Assembly (NCBI GenBank): GCA_963676615.1 | Contig: OY781092.1 | Coordinates: 1,506,357-1,570,356, forward strand | From: Candidatus Cloacimonadota bacterium | GTDB lineage: Bacteria > Cloacimonadota > Cloacimonadia > G963667145 | Direction: 5' to 3' | DNA: 64,000 bases | Part shown: positions 48,478 through 63,400 of the stretch, piece after piece | Numbering within the stretch: the stretch's first letter is position 1 | Layout: each line of letters starts with the position of its first letter | The notes under the pieces: generated by a model | What the model was told of the DNA's origin: nothing | What the model saw: the letters and a program-made list of their open reading frames with translations, nothing else | The model's database searches: none | Translations under genes and position numbers: made by a program

Positions 48478-51400
48478 GTGAAAAAAAATGCAGGAAGTCG
48501 ATTTAGGGTAGGCAGATTTTTCGGTTTGTCGCTTGCTTTCTTGTTTTTGCTTTTGGGCTGTAACGATATGATCACCCAAAACGATGTGGCGCCAAATCCG
48601 TCGGATATGTCTGCTTCCACAGACAACGAAGATTATGTGACTGTCACTTGGAACTGCTCTGGCGATGTAAACACTTTCGTTGTTTATCGGGCAGAAGAGT
48701 ACGAAGCGCTCAGCACAGAGTATCTGAAGCTCGCCACTGTCGAGGGCAAAATCTACAACGACAACAGCAGCTCGCTCATTCCCGGCAAAAGCTATTACTA
48801 CAATGTGGCGACTGTCGGCGGGATGATCGCCTCGGAGTCGAAAAGGCCGACGATGGGCTGCCTAAAGGTGCCGACTCTGGAAGATTTGAGCGCCAGCCAA
48901 GATTTGGAAGACAAAATCAGACTCTCTTGGACTGTGCCCAGCTCGATTATGAACAAAGAGCTAGACGGCTATGTAACGATCAAATATGCAGAAAATGGAG
49001 ACAACGCCAGCATAAACAACGGCTACCAAGAGGTTATCGTGCTTGACGATCTGGTCAACAGCTACGACCTCACCAATGTGGTTATCGGGCAGTCTTATTA
49101 CATCAAAGCGACAGTCTCTGTCAAAGCCAAAGGCGCCAGCGATTTGGAGCTGCGGCATTCGGCGTCCAGCAACATCGTTATCGGCAACACCAAAGTCACT
49201 TCTCCAAAAACTGTAACAGCCAGCAAGGGCAACTATTCAGATGGTATTCGGGTCACTTGGAGCGAAGTTGTGGGAATCGACGGTGTTGTCATCAAAAGGT
49301 CGGATGAGTCTAGGGGCTTTACGATGTATGACCAGATTGTAGGTGATTTTTATGATGGAGAAGCTGAATTTAAGGAGCGAAAATTCAACGACACGACCTC
49401 CAGCGTCAAGATGGGCTCTCCATATCGCTATGCGGTGTATGGTCTTATCAATAACGGCTTGGGCGCTTACGACACTTTGGCGATAAATAGCGCAGGACTT
49501 GACCAAAAAGATACTACGGGGCAGTTCCTAAACCTCGGTTACAAAAATTACGAGCAAGCAGAAAATTTGAGCGTATCGCAAGACAGCATCGGCAAAATCG
49601 TGCTGAATTACCAAACGAACGCCGACGAATTTGATAACCTCTATGCGCAACTATATCGCAGAGACTATTTCGGCTCTAGCACTTCAGACACGGCTGCGTG
49701 CGGCGCCGCTTTGCTTTTGACCGATCCGCTGTTCTCTTTTGTGGACGAAGATGTCGTCCCTGGCAAAAAATATTTCTACTCTGTAAATATCTACCGACTG
49801 GACGGCGGCATAAAAGAGGGAGCTTCTGGGCTTTCCGAGCCAGTTGTCGGTGTCAGCAGATTGGCGGCTCCAGAGAACCTCGTGGCTACCGACGGCACCA
49901 GCAACGACGCCGTGATCTTGACTTGGAACAGCGTTACGGGCGCAAACAAATACGACATCTATATGGGCACAGACACCGCAAAGCTCGGCTATGTGGGCAG
50001 CAGTTTGGACACGACCTACTCTGTCAGCAGAGCCTACTACGAAACAGGCAAAGTCTTCTATTTCCGTGTGAGCGCTCTCGGCGACATCTATTCGCAAAAA
50101 TCGAACCTCGACTCTGGCTGGATACGGATTAACGCTCCACTAGACTTTAGGCTGATTAGCACTAAAACAGATGGCTTCGAGCTTGGCTGGGTAGCCGTTC
50201 AAAACGCTAGAGAGTATGTGTTGTATCGCCGCAACTATCTTCCAGATTCGGTTTATGCTGTGGTGGACACGCTGGACAAAAATTTGACAACTTTCATCGA
50301 CTCTGGTCTTGAATCTGGCTTCCAATACGCCTACAAAATCGTTACCGTTAGTAACCAAGAGATAGCTCCAGACACTTATCAGATGTCTGACAGCTCCAAC
50401 GAGGTGATGTCCCGCACAACGCTGCGCTCGCCGATTTTGGACTCTGTCAGCATCAACGAAGACGGACAAATAAGGCTCTGGTGGACGGGCATTCCGGGCA
50501 TCGTCGATTTGCAATACAGAATCTACAAAGAGGTTGGTGGCGGCTATGAGTCGTTTGCTCAGACGAGCAGCTCCGAGTACACTTTCAGGGGAGATTCGCT
50601 GGTCCCAGGTAAGGTTTACAGGTTTGGCGTTAGTGCGTTCACCACCACCGAGTTTAACGAAGAGTCGAAGTTAAGTAACACTCGCAAAGGGTATAGCAGA
50701 CTGGATTCCGCCTACGATTTAACCGCAACTTTCGGAACAGTCACCGACACGATCAAACTCACTTGGAAATCGCTCAAAAATAGCGGCGTGACGGAGTTCA
50801 GACTCTTTCGGGCTAACAGCGGCACGACGGACTTTGTGGAAGTGGGCAAGGTGCTAGACACCAGCTTCGACACGATTATGGCAGATTACAAAGAGTATAG
50901 CTTCGACGATTACAAAAATCTGGAGGGCGGCCGCCAATATGACTACAAGGTGTTCTCCTATCGCGAAGATTATTGCACGCAAACAGTGAAAGACGACATT
51001 TGGAGCAATATCGCCATAGGCAAGATAAAGATTTTGCCGCCAAAATTTTATGCGGTAGATTGCGGCGCACAAGTGGACACGATTGGCATCTATTTTGCAG
51101 AGGACGACGGTGTCGAGAGCTATTTGTGCTACTACAGCAATCAGCCAGATATCAGCACAGCCGATTCTGTGGAGTTTTTGCCGATAGAGGCTTCAACATA
51201 CAACTACAAAAGGCTAAAGTATAAGCTAGATTTGCAAGCTCATGGCTTGAAAAACGGAAAGCTCTATTACTTCTGGATTGCTTGCCGCAAAGCGGGCGAG
51301 CTGTCTGCCGCAAGCGAGTGGAAGCCTGGATTTTCGCAGTTTGCCAAACCGACGATAGCCTCGCCAGCGACCAAAGGCACACAAGATTATATCGGCTTTG

Positions 51401-54400
51401 CTTGGGACGGACAAGACATCTCCGATTCCATAATCTACGAAATTCGCAGAACCAAACACAGCAACAGCATAACCCAAGAGCTTGCCACCACAGACACTTT
51501 CTACCACGATGCGTCGGTCGATCCTGGCTTTAAGTATATCTACAAATATCGGATCAAAAACCAAACAGCTTTTGAGGTTTGCAACTCTTTCTACGAGGGT
51601 TTCGATGAAAATTTGACGCGGTCTTTCTATTCCGACACGACCGCAGGCTATGTGATGATAGAAAAGGTGCAGGGGCTGCAGGCGACAACAGACGAGAAAA
51701 ATTTTGTGCTGGTCACTTGGGACGATCTCGCAGGTGATGTGCTTTACGACATTTTGCGAAAAAGAGTGGACAAGACCGATTGGACAAAGGTCGATAGCAG
51801 CTTGGACACTTCCAGATTTAAGGACAACGCAAACTTCGGCAACGAAAGAGGTTACGCCTACTACTACAAAATCCGCTCTTACACCAATGACTATCCAAAT
51901 CTTAGCCAATTTTCCGACAGCGTGCGTGGGAATATGCTCTTTCCTGCTCCAGCGGGTGTGGTAGCGAGCAAAGGCGTTTACGCCGACACGATCAAGGTGA
52001 GCTGGGACTCCATCTCGCTGGTGGACGAGTACGAGGTTTTGCGGATTGATCCCGACGGAACGCAGTTGTCGCGGTCGCCAAAGCTGAAAAAGAGCGGAAA
52101 CGAGTTCTATTTTTACGACGACAGTTCTTTGGTGCGTGGCAATGGTTATCTATATATGATACGGGCGAAATTGCGTCACAATCTCGGGTTTACGGAGTAT
52201 AGCGACACGACAGACGCTTACAAAAAAGAGCAAGCCACTGGCTACACCAAATTGCCAAAAGTGACAGGAGTAACGGCGACAGAGGGCGAATTTATGGACA
52301 GCGTGGTGGTCACTTGGGATCCAGTGAGCGTGGCAAATTCGTATATGGTTTTCCGTTACGACAGCGACAGGAATTTGGTGACGACCGAGGTTACAGAAAA
52401 TAGGTTCTCCGACCGTCGAGCCGCAGGAATAAAGGGCGGCAAATTCTATTACTATGCGATAGTTGCCAAAAAAGGACCGCTGGAGTCTGTGAGTCCGAGC
52501 AAAGAAGCCCGCGGATATTTGGCGCTCTATGGACCAACGGGAGTCAGGGCGAGTCAAGGCTTGCTGGACAGCATCGTCATCGAATGGGACACGCTGACCA
52601 CGGCGAAAACTGTTAAATACTACATCTATCGTGGCGACGACCCAGCTGTGCCGATAGACAGCGTCGATCAGCCTTTGCACAGATACGCCTATCCTGTGCC
52701 GACACCAGAAAAAGGTGCAAATATAGATTTCTTCGTGGAAGCGCAAAGTTACTATTTTGGCAGAACGGGGCAGAGCGATACTGTTACTGGCTATTGTCAG
52801 CTGGACACGCTTGTGGGCTTTGCTCTGGCGGAGATAGACGAAGGCACAGAAAATCCAAAAATCCAGATAACTTGGACTTCGGCGGAAAGCTCGGATAGCA
52901 CCAGATTGCAGATAAAAAATGGCGCAATTTGGGAAGATTTGGTAACATTGCCCAAAGAGGTTGGTGTCTATTTGGATAGCGGCAGAATGGTCGGCAAAAG
53001 GTTGCAATATCGAGGGCAAAGCATCAAATATGACCGTGACAACATCAAATATTCTTCGTATGTAGAAGACGAAATCTTTTTGCTGATTCCAACCGTTGAG
53101 TTCGATACGATAACCCAAGCCGTCTTTGGTTACAAAGTGTTTTTGCGTTGGCCAGGATTGCCGACTAACGACGGGAAGTTTTATCAAATTTTCGTTTATA
53201 ATAACGAAGGAAATTATCTGAGCGAGACTGCGGACGATACGCTAAGATTGATAGAGTCGGGCAAAAGCTCCTACACCTTTGATCACAGCATCGTCTCCGA
53301 CCCTAAATTCGTTCGAGGCAGGAAATATTTTTATCGCCTGCGGACAAGGACTATGCCCGAAGGACCAGACGGAGTGTGGTCGGATCTTACTCCGCAATCT
53401 CCAACGCCTGCACACTATTATGGCTGGGCAAAAACTCCCGCTCCTGTGTTCGACAGTGTCAGCAAAGATTTAGTCAGCGAAATAAAACTGAAATGGATAT
53501 TCAATAGCGACGCTGTGGACGCTCAGCTAAGGATAATTGGTGTAACCGAAGATCGGCTAGTGAATTTGCTGAACAAAACAGAAGATACTCGACCAGATGT
53601 CTATGGCGGACACGATTATAAGTTTATCATACGAGCTATCAACACCGATTTGGGAGATACATCGGATTGGTCGGACACCGCCTATGGAATGGCTCTTTTG
53701 GGACCGCCGCCTGCCGTCGTTGCGACAAAAGGCACCGAAAGCGGCAAAGTAGAAGTTTCGTGGAATGTAAGCAGCAGCACCGACAACTATGGCGCCGAGA
53801 AATATATGATCGAAAGGGGCAGCGATACCCTCAACTATATAGAACTGGCGACAATAGATGATAACAGCTGGAACACAAATCCATATACCAATAGTTTCAC
53901 TTACGACGATGTGATGTCTGCCTCGGAGATGGGCAAAGTTTACTTCTATCGAGTAACATCTGTCGGAACTCCAGGCAACATCTCTGATCCGAGCGCATAC
54001 GACTCTGGCTGGGCGAGAATTCCTGCGCCAGTGATTACGGCGTTTACAGGGCAAAACGGCAGATTGGCTATCGAAAACGACAGCATCAGAATAGAGTGGG
54101 AAGACCCCTGCAATTTGGAGCTAGACTCGGTAACCTATACCGTTACTGTCTCTGGCGATAATGGATTTTCTGCAACAGCAACTATGTCAGCTGGCTCAAC
54201 AAAATGGAGCACAGAAATCGCTGAAGCTGATAGGATGCAGCTGCTAAAAGTGACGGTAAGCTCAAGCCGTCCTTCTTATGGCGAGTCCGAAGTCAGCCCC
54301 GCAGTGGATGCGGTTACCAAAGTGCCAGTGCCAGCCAAAAACACCATATTTAACGGTTTAGTAGCAAAAGATAATGGAGTTACAGTAAATTACAAAGGCT

Positions 54401-57400
54401 TAAACACTTGGGTTGATTCTATTCAATTCCTCCGAAAAGAGGTCGGACGCACCAACACAATCCCTGTGAAAACAGTCCTAAATCCCGGCGAAAGCGGAAC
54501 TGGCGCCTTTGTGGATATCAAAGGCTTGGTGCTTAGCACAGAATACGCCTACAGCTTTAAGCTCTACAATCGCTACGCAGGCTTCTCCGACGAGAGCGAC
54601 ACGGTCGTCATCAAAACCGACATCATTCCGCCGACAGAGCTACGAGCGTCTAAAGGGACAGAAAAAGACAAAATCGCCATCGATTGGCTGATAGTGAACT
54701 CAGGCGGATTGGATGTTTCCTACAACATCTACGCCGACACTGTTTATAACGATTTTGTGGCAGCAGCAGCGTCTGGAACCAAAAGAGTTACGGGCAGTAG
54801 CGCTCCGAAAAAACCACCTGTTTTCTTGCCTGTTGGTGTCGCTTTGGGAGAGTCGAGGCTGAAACTCGAACGAGGGCGAAAATACTATTTTGCCGCTTCT
54901 ACAAACGAACGAGATATTTATGCTCTTCCGAGTATGAATTCTGAGCCGTCCAATGTGGACTCGGGCTATGTGTCTATCACCAAGCCGTATATGGAAAGCG
55001 CTTCCAAAGGCGAGAGCCAAGATTCGATAGTGATAAAATGGAAAGCGTGCGAATCGTATAAACACAACACCTATATGAACTATGAGCTGTCGTGGTATTA
55101 TGGCGAAAATACGCCAATGACGAAGACTATCACTCCCGAAGAATACACCTACGACGGCGATTTTGTGAGCTACTCTTTGCAAAAAGGTTCTGGATTTGAC
55201 ACAAATCTTTTGCCCGCGAAAAAGTATTTCTTCAAAGTCAGAGGAATGCTGCAAGGCTCGGAATATACAGTTGCGCAGATTTCAGAATATAGCGATTCGG
55301 AGGAAGAAGGCTGGCTTGCCATAGAGCCGCCGCAAAATTTTGAGGCGAACTTTAACGACCAGTATAAATACGATGTAGTTCCGCTTATTTGGACTAATCC
55401 CGAAAATCTGCCAGTGGTAATCTATGCGAGCGATGCGAAAGCTACGCTGTGGGAAAACGAAGCCAAGTCGCTTCCTTCGGGAATGACCACATTTGCTTTG
55501 CCGATAACAGAAGACGAGCAACGAGGCAAGTATCGCTACTACGGCGCAAGATTTTACGACCCTGTTTTTGGCTATTCTGACACACAAGACCCCAATTGCC
55601 AAGACTCTGGTATCGCCAAATTTGGACCAGTGAATATTAACAGCGTCTCGCAAGGCGAGTACTTGGACAGTATTTTGGTTACTTGGGACGCTCTGCCGAG
55701 TGCTAATCAATATCAGATAAGGATTGAAGACGAAAATCAAGCGCTGGTAGATACGACTATTTGGGGCGTTTACGATCCGCTAAAATACTCTTTTGAAGGG
55801 GCTAATCTCAAACAAGGCAAAAAATATTTGTTTAAAGTGCGGGCGCGAAACTCAGCTGTGCCTTTCCCCGAAACTTATGGAGTCTATGGAAGCGCCGTTT
55901 CGGGCTTTACGCAATTGCCAGCTGTGACTGGTGTTGACGCCACATATGGAACGCTCAATGACAGAGTGAATATCGTTTGGAACCCTGTCGATCAAGCGGA
56001 AACTTATGCAGTGTTTAGATCAGAAGACACAGCCCAAATCGGCATCGAGATTACAACTACTTCAGATACTTCCTACGACGATTTATCAAACGAATTGTGG
56101 TATGGCAGAGACTATTTCTATCGAGTTTTGGCGGAAAATGTTAACACCGATATTTTGAACGAAGACAAGCGAAATTTCTCAAAATTTGATACGGGTTGGA
56201 TCAAACTGCCGATTGTCTCCTCTTTGAGCGCCACCAAAGGAACGATGGTCGGACAGATAATGGTCAATTGGCAGCAGTTCGACAGGATCGGAGGCTACTA
56301 TCTGGACACTTGTTACAATTTGGCGGCAACCAAAACTTACGCCGTTTTCGACACAATCATCTCTGCTGGTGTCTCCAGAAAAATCTACGACAAAGCTAGC
56401 GGACTGCAAGAAGGTCGCTGTTATAACTTCAAGGCGAGAGCTTTTACTGGAGAGAGACAAAACACGATCAATGAAGTGGTTTACGACTCTGGCTATATGT
56501 ATATCGACAAAGTGCAAAATGTAAAAGCTTCGGAAGGTTACGCTGGCGATACGATTTTGGTGACTTTCAAAAAAGTGCGTGATTATGATGAGCGAAAAAA
56601 CTACGAGCTGCAGCGGCGCAACCTTGAGAATATGGATACAGTGGATGTTACAGATCTTGCTAGTTTCCAGATAATTAGCGATACGGTGATTATCAAAGAC
56701 ACCTCTTTTGATGTGCAAACCACTGGATTTATCTATCAATATCGGGCGAGAGTAGCAATCCCCGAGGAAATTTTGTGGTCTGAATGGGGCGATTGGAGCT
56801 TGAGCGGCTGGGGAAGTTTGCCGATTTTGCCGATAAATGTTTATGACGAGCAAGACTCGCTGTTGGTGGACACGATCAAGGTGCAATGGGACGCAAACTC
56901 TTTTGCAGGCAAAAGTATGACCAAGCTGAAGATAGAGTATGGACCAGACACGACCAGCTTCCAAAAAGCTGTGATTTTGGACGATCAAGCCTCTCTGGAT
57001 AAAGGGTATATGATGTTCAACGCCGACGATTTCTACACGATCAACCCAGGGCAAGTTTACTATTTCAGGGCGAAAATTTATCGCAGCGAAGGGACTGCCG
57101 AGATTGCTTCGGCATTTTCCGCTTTGGATTCTGGCTGGTATAAGCTGGAAGCGCCAAAAATGTCAACTATGGGCAAAGGGCAAGAGTCCGACTCGATTTT
57201 GGTCAGCTGGATTGTGCAAGAAGATCTGCCAGCGATGGTCAAGCAAGCGATGAAGTATGTCATTTATCGCAATGGCTCAAAAATCGATTCTGTCATAGCC
57301 AAAAGCTCTTACTACGACACAATTGGCGTAACTTTTGGAGACTTTTACGATTACAGCATAATGGCGGTGCATCCGAAGTTCAAAAGCTCGGCGCTGAGTG

Positions 57401-60400
57401 AGCCTGCTCGTGGTTTTGCGATGCTGGTTGTTCCAACGCTAGACACTGTTGAGGTGGCAGGCGACGATTTGAGCGTAAAGTGGAACTATCCGACAGGCAG
57501 AGACATCGACTCGTTTAAGATTTATCGCAAAAACAGCAGAGACGCCGCTTTGCCAGAGCCGATAGCTCTTGTGGAATATGACGCTACTGTAGGTAGCTAC
57601 GCTTGGACAGACGAAAGCTGCGAAAAAGGTAAGCGGTATTTTTACTGCCTTAGAGCTTATAAAGATGGGCTGGTGGACTCCGATACGAGCGTGAATAAGA
57701 GCAACTATATCGACCTGGATGTGCCAGTGATAGACACAGTCTCTCGCGGCGAAGCTGTAGATGAGATTACAATTGAGTGGAAGAGTGATCGCTATGCAGA
57801 CAGTGCTATCATCGTTCGTGATACTTTGGCAGATTTCTCCACGGCGCAAAAGGTCGGCACGAGAAGATTTTTGATGGGCTCTTTCGTTGATGAAAATTGC
57901 ACCGACGGCAAAATTTACTATTACAAAATTGTCAGCAAAAGAAACGAGTTCGTCTCGGATAGCAGCGACTTTATGGCTGGATATGCCAAATATAAGATGC
58001 CCAAAATTACAAATGTGATAAAAGACAAAGACACCATCGGCTTTGAGTGGAACGAAAACGGTAGCTCGGCGGACTCTATCAAGTTGTATATCGGCGAAGA
58101 TTTGGCAGTTGCTTATCCAATAGATTCTGTGCAGTTGGGAGAAAAGAACATCACCGACTTGATTGGAGAGTTCAGCAATTCGAGCTGGTTTGTTGCAGGG
58201 CAAGAGTATTACATCAAAATAAAAGGGATTTCTCATCACACTTTGGAGATGCGAGAGGGTTACGCTGCCGAGAATTTTGAGGTCTGCTCGGACCTCACCG
58301 AAAGCAAACTTTGCTTTTCTGCGCTTGCGAAACCAGAGATTTCTGTCAGCAGGAACAAAGAGGACACAGTGACTGTCCGCTGGAATAAGATGCCGAGCAA
58401 TGTCGTCTCTTTGGTGCGCATCGAGTGGAAAATTGGAGATTTTGGAGCCGCTGGCGACACCATCGTTCGAGAAATTGTGAACAACGGCGCCGACACTTCG
58501 ATTGCTTTGCCTGTCAACTACGACGGCGATTTCCCAATTTGGGTCGCTACCAAATACCAATTCAGAGTTAAATACAGCCGCGGAGTTGTTAACTCCAGCT
58601 ATTCCGAGGTTGACACAGGCTGGACAAAGCTTTCTGCGCCGACAGATTTGCAAGTCAGCAGAGGGGACTACGACGACTCGTTGCGTTTTGTTTGGAGCAA
58701 TTACCGCGAAAACGCCGAAGCTTCACAGGATAGCACAGCGGTTTATGTTTTGGAATACGAAAAAGCAGACGGAAGCTACGAGCCGTTCCAAAGAGTGAGC
58801 AACAGAGATAAATTTTACGACGCTGTCTTTAGCAACGGCGCTGTGCCATTGGGAGTTGAGACAAAATTCAGAGTGCGTGGCGTTAGTGCTGCTGGCTCTG
58901 GCATCGATAGCGTGATGACCGATTTGCCAGTGAACTCTGGCTGGACGAGGCTTTTGCCGCCAGTGGATTCTGCCACAGCGACTATCTCCAAAGATATCGA
59001 CGGCAAAATCAAAATTAAGTGGGATAACAAAATAACAGGGGAAACCGCCCAAATTGAAGCATATACAACTATGGGCGTGATGTATCAGGTCGAAAAGCGG
59101 AGAGTGAGTATGCCGTCGTTTATGAACAGCGGCTATCAGAACATCCACGCAGTGCAGGTGGACTCGTTTGTGGACAGCTCGCAACTCTCGCCGCAGTATA
59201 GCTATCGCTACAGAGTGCGCTATTTCAGCCCGTATTACAACAACATTTTGCAAGATATGGACAAAAGTTCTTCGCCTTGGGTTGTCCTTGCCGACACAGG
59301 AATGGTGAAACTGCCACGACCGACAGTCGAGCTGGCGAACGATGGCGAATATTTTACCGACAGAATCAAGCTGAAAGTTAAACGGTCATACGGAGCCGAC
59401 AGCCTCTATCTCTATCGAAGAATCGCCAATCAAGGCGCTTATGCTGTAATCGACACGATTGTTTTTGAAGAAAATGTAGATTATAACGCCAAAGTTTTGC
59501 ACACAGACGACAGAGATTTGCTGGCAGGAAAAGCGTATCAATATAAAGCTGTGGCGCTTTTGGGCGATAGACGCTCGGATAGCAGCGATGCGTTCTACGC
59601 TTTTGCGAGGTTGGCTATGGCGCAAAATGTGACGGCAGGCGATGCCCTGAGCGAAGATAGCGTTTTGGTGAAATGGGATACGGTCGCTTTTGCGCAAATG
59701 TATGATATCACGGTGGAAGATCAGCTCGGCAACCCGATAGCAACCTTGAGATTGCCCAAACAAGACAGCGTCTTTGCGGTGAAGAGCAAGACCAACGGCG
59801 GAGACTTGGAATACGGCGTCGTGTATAAATTCGGCGTGATTGCCAAAAACGAGCAATGCGTTGTCGCAAGCGATACTTTCGGTTCGGCTCCAGCCTACGA
59901 CGACGGCTATTTGCGGTTTGTTGAGCCAAAAATCCAAAGCTTGTCCAAAGATTCGGTCGGCAAGATTGAGGTGAGATTCAGCTATCCGTCAGAAAATTTC
60001 TCGTTCAAAGTTACTCGCAGTCCAGACACAGCTTATGTGAAAAACTCTGCAGATCAATACGACAAATATGCGGTCATCGACCCGATTATCACGCAACTGG
60101 GCGACACGAATTACCTTTGCACAGACTATTTCGGGGTAACCGCTGGCACAAACGGCGTGCAATACGCATACAACCTTCAAGCGTTTATGGGCAATATCCC
60201 CGACGCTATTTCGGACACGGCAAAAAGTTATGAACTTGCATCTGGCAGTCGATTCGGATATAGCAAAATCGGCAGATTTACGGGCGCTTTGGCGGCGACA
60301 CAGGGCAAATACAACGACTCGTTGGTTGTCTCGTGGAATGCGCCAGCCATTAAAAATCTCTTCGACACGCTAAAGTATGAGTGGGTTGAGTTTAAAGATG

Positions 60401-63400
60401 GAACTGAAGAAACCACCGGAGTAGTTAAAGACGAGAGATTTGCTCGTGATACCAGCGAAATCGACCGAGGCGTGAAATACGAATATCGCCTTAGGTTGCA
60501 AGCAGTGGACAAAAGCGGGGCTGTTTACAGCACCTCCGATTTGTCGCTGAACAAAGCTATCGGCTGGATCGAGCTTGATACGCCAAAGATAGTGTTCTCT
60601 CGTGAAAATGATGAAAACAAGATAGCTATCATCAACAACTCGCTAGACTTTATGCTCTATCGTAAAATCAACGGAAACGACCTAAATCCAGTTGCGGTTG
60701 CCGCTGGAGAAAGTTATATCGATTCTGTGCTTTTGGATATGCACAACGCAGGCAAAAATGTGAAGTATCGGGTGCGCACCTACACGCCAGAATACAACCT
60801 GCAATCGCCGTTCTCCGAAGAGGTGGACACTTTCTACGAAATCTTCCCGCCGTCATCTTTGGGCGCTTCCAAAGGCGAATACGAAGACAAAATCGCCTTG
60901 TCTTGGACATGGGACAATCCACAAAGAGCGCAAGCCGACAGCTTTGTGATTTATCGCAAAGTTGACGATGTTTTGGATTATCAAAAATCTATCTATCGCT
61001 ACAGCTTCGACCTGACCACACGCAACGACTCTTTCTTCTACGAAGATAACCAAAACATCAAGCAGGGCGTCTCCTATCGATACGGCATAAGCTCCAAACG
61101 AGTGAACTCTGGCTTTGCCGATAAAGAGTCCGACACCACTTGGAACACAGAAAATGGCTACGCAATCTTCTCCGCTCCAGCAGGTTTGGACGCCAGCAAA
61201 AATGCGCAACTTGTGACTATTCAGTGGGACTCTTTGCGCAACGAAGGCGATGTGGACGGCTATATTTTGTTCTATACCGACGACAATACACAACCTCTGT
61301 CAGCTTGGGACACAGCCGTGGTCAGCGACACAATTTTGACGCAAACGGGAGCAAACTCTGTGCCTTTGGGAACTATCAGGTGGTATAAAGTCGCCGCATT
61401 CAACAGCGTTGTGGACACAGGAATAATCAGCGCTCCAGCGGTGTATGGCTACGCACTTATGGACGCTCCAACGGAATTGAACTGCTGGGAAGGCGAAAGT
61501 GCCGACACAATCAAGGTTACTTGGGACAAGCTAGCAACTTACGAAACTTACTTCTTGCAATGGGCGCTGGATACGGCGTCGAACCCAGACGGAACATTCA
61601 AAACTCCGATAGGCAAGGTCGGCTCGTCGAATTTCTCCAACGCTGTGTTCACCGACGACTCGCTGCTTATTCGCGTTAGCGCCGACTCTCTGCGGGCGAG
61701 GAAAATTTATGTGAAATTGTGGGCGCAAAATCAGTATGGCACATCTTTGCCAGCGCTGGACAGCGGATACACCAAGTTGGCGGAACTCACAAATCTTGCT
61801 GTCAGCCAAGGTTCGATAAACGACAGCTTGCAAATTTCGTTCAGCCAGCCAGCAAAATCTAACATCGCTAGCTTCGGCTTGATTTTGGACAGTTTAGGCG
61901 CAGACTTTGCTTCACCAGAAAAAAGCATAACCGCTATGGCAGGCGCAGACACGACAATCGAAATAGCTCACAAAGGCTATATCTACCGTGTGGGAGCTTA
62001 TGCCAATAGCGAGCTAGTAAACGCAGGCTCAGACACAGTGTGGGCAGAGGGCTACAGCAAAATCCCTGCACCTGTCGGCGTCGAAGGCGATGCGCTCGAA
62101 AACGGTAACAACAAAATTAAATGGGAAGTTGTCGGCATCGGCGACCAAGACACAGTTCGCTACAACATCTATCGCCAAGAAACTGGCAAAGATCCGCTGC
62201 TGCTGAGTAGGCTCTACTACGATGCTCCTGTGAACGACACGATGTCGTTTACCGATGATAAAGCGATGCCGGGAAACAACTATGACTACTACTTGCGGGC
62301 ATACGCCGCAGATCGACCATATCCGTTTGGCGATATCTCTCCGATAGAGTCCGACACCTCTTCGCACGCTAGTTTGTTGACGCAAATCGGCGCTGTCAGC
62401 GGATTTGTGCAAGATACTACTATGCTTGAGCAACCTTCCGCCGTTCTCTATTGGGAGCAAAGAGGCGATTTGTCTGACTACAACATCTACTTCTCTCGCT
62501 GGGCAGACACCGCAACTGCGAAAATTAAGAGTCTCTCGATAACCGATAATAACTTCTATGTAAAAATCACAGATTCACTCACTGATTTCCCAGGAATGTT
62601 GTGGCATTTCTGGATAAGAGCCAAAAGCAACGGCGGCAGCGAATTGGGGCAGTGGACTCCGAACGACAACGACGGCTTGTTGGTTTACACTTTGCCGAGC
62701 GTGCCCGCCATTGACCAAGTGGAAGAAGGCGCTTCGGCAGATTCGATACACCTGAACTGGAGCAAATCCGATTACAGCAAATACGCAGTGGAATATCGTA
62801 AAAGCGACGAAACTGTCTGGACAAAATTGGCTGACGAAACTGACACCAGCGTTTCGGTGTTTGCAGTGACAGACAACTTGTCCCCAGGCGTGAAATACGA
62901 CTTTAGGGTGGCAGCAAAAATAGACAAAGACACAGTATCGCCAATGGGCCCAGCAAATGGGAAATACGGACGCACTGTGATTTCGGACTACTCTGCGATA
63001 AAGAAAGGGTATCTGAGGTTCGACACGGTGGCAGCTTTCAAGACCTACAACGCGCCAGACAGCATCAAAACCGACAGAATTGTTTTGTATTGGGAAAAAT
63101 CGGAAGGCAGCAATGTCGTTTACACAATCTACAGATCGGAAAGCAGTGATACCGCCTCCGCAACAGCGTTGACAAGCGTGGTGGATGAAGACCGTTACGA
63201 AGATGTTCGCTATCGCGAAAACGAAGCTCCGTTGCCCGGCAAAGCCTACTACTATTGGATTACAGCCAAGAAAAGCGTTTTGGCAAATTCGGAAAGCAAA
63301 AAGCAACCTCTCAAAGGGGCAATCGCTACGGGTTATAACAATGTGGACAGCGCCTGGACGAAATTTATCGCTCCGAGCGGGCTGGACGCATCGGGCGAGT

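Noticed and set aside
40290..48478. Possible diversity-generating retroelement target at the giant's C-terminus
   Set aside because: No reverse transcriptase in the window, and I saw no near-identical TR/VR pair differing at adenines.
48481..48488. A8 tract right after the giant 2 start codon as a phase-variation switch
   Set aside because: A7-A9 runs are common throughout this sequence, including housekeeping genes, so nothing singles this one out.
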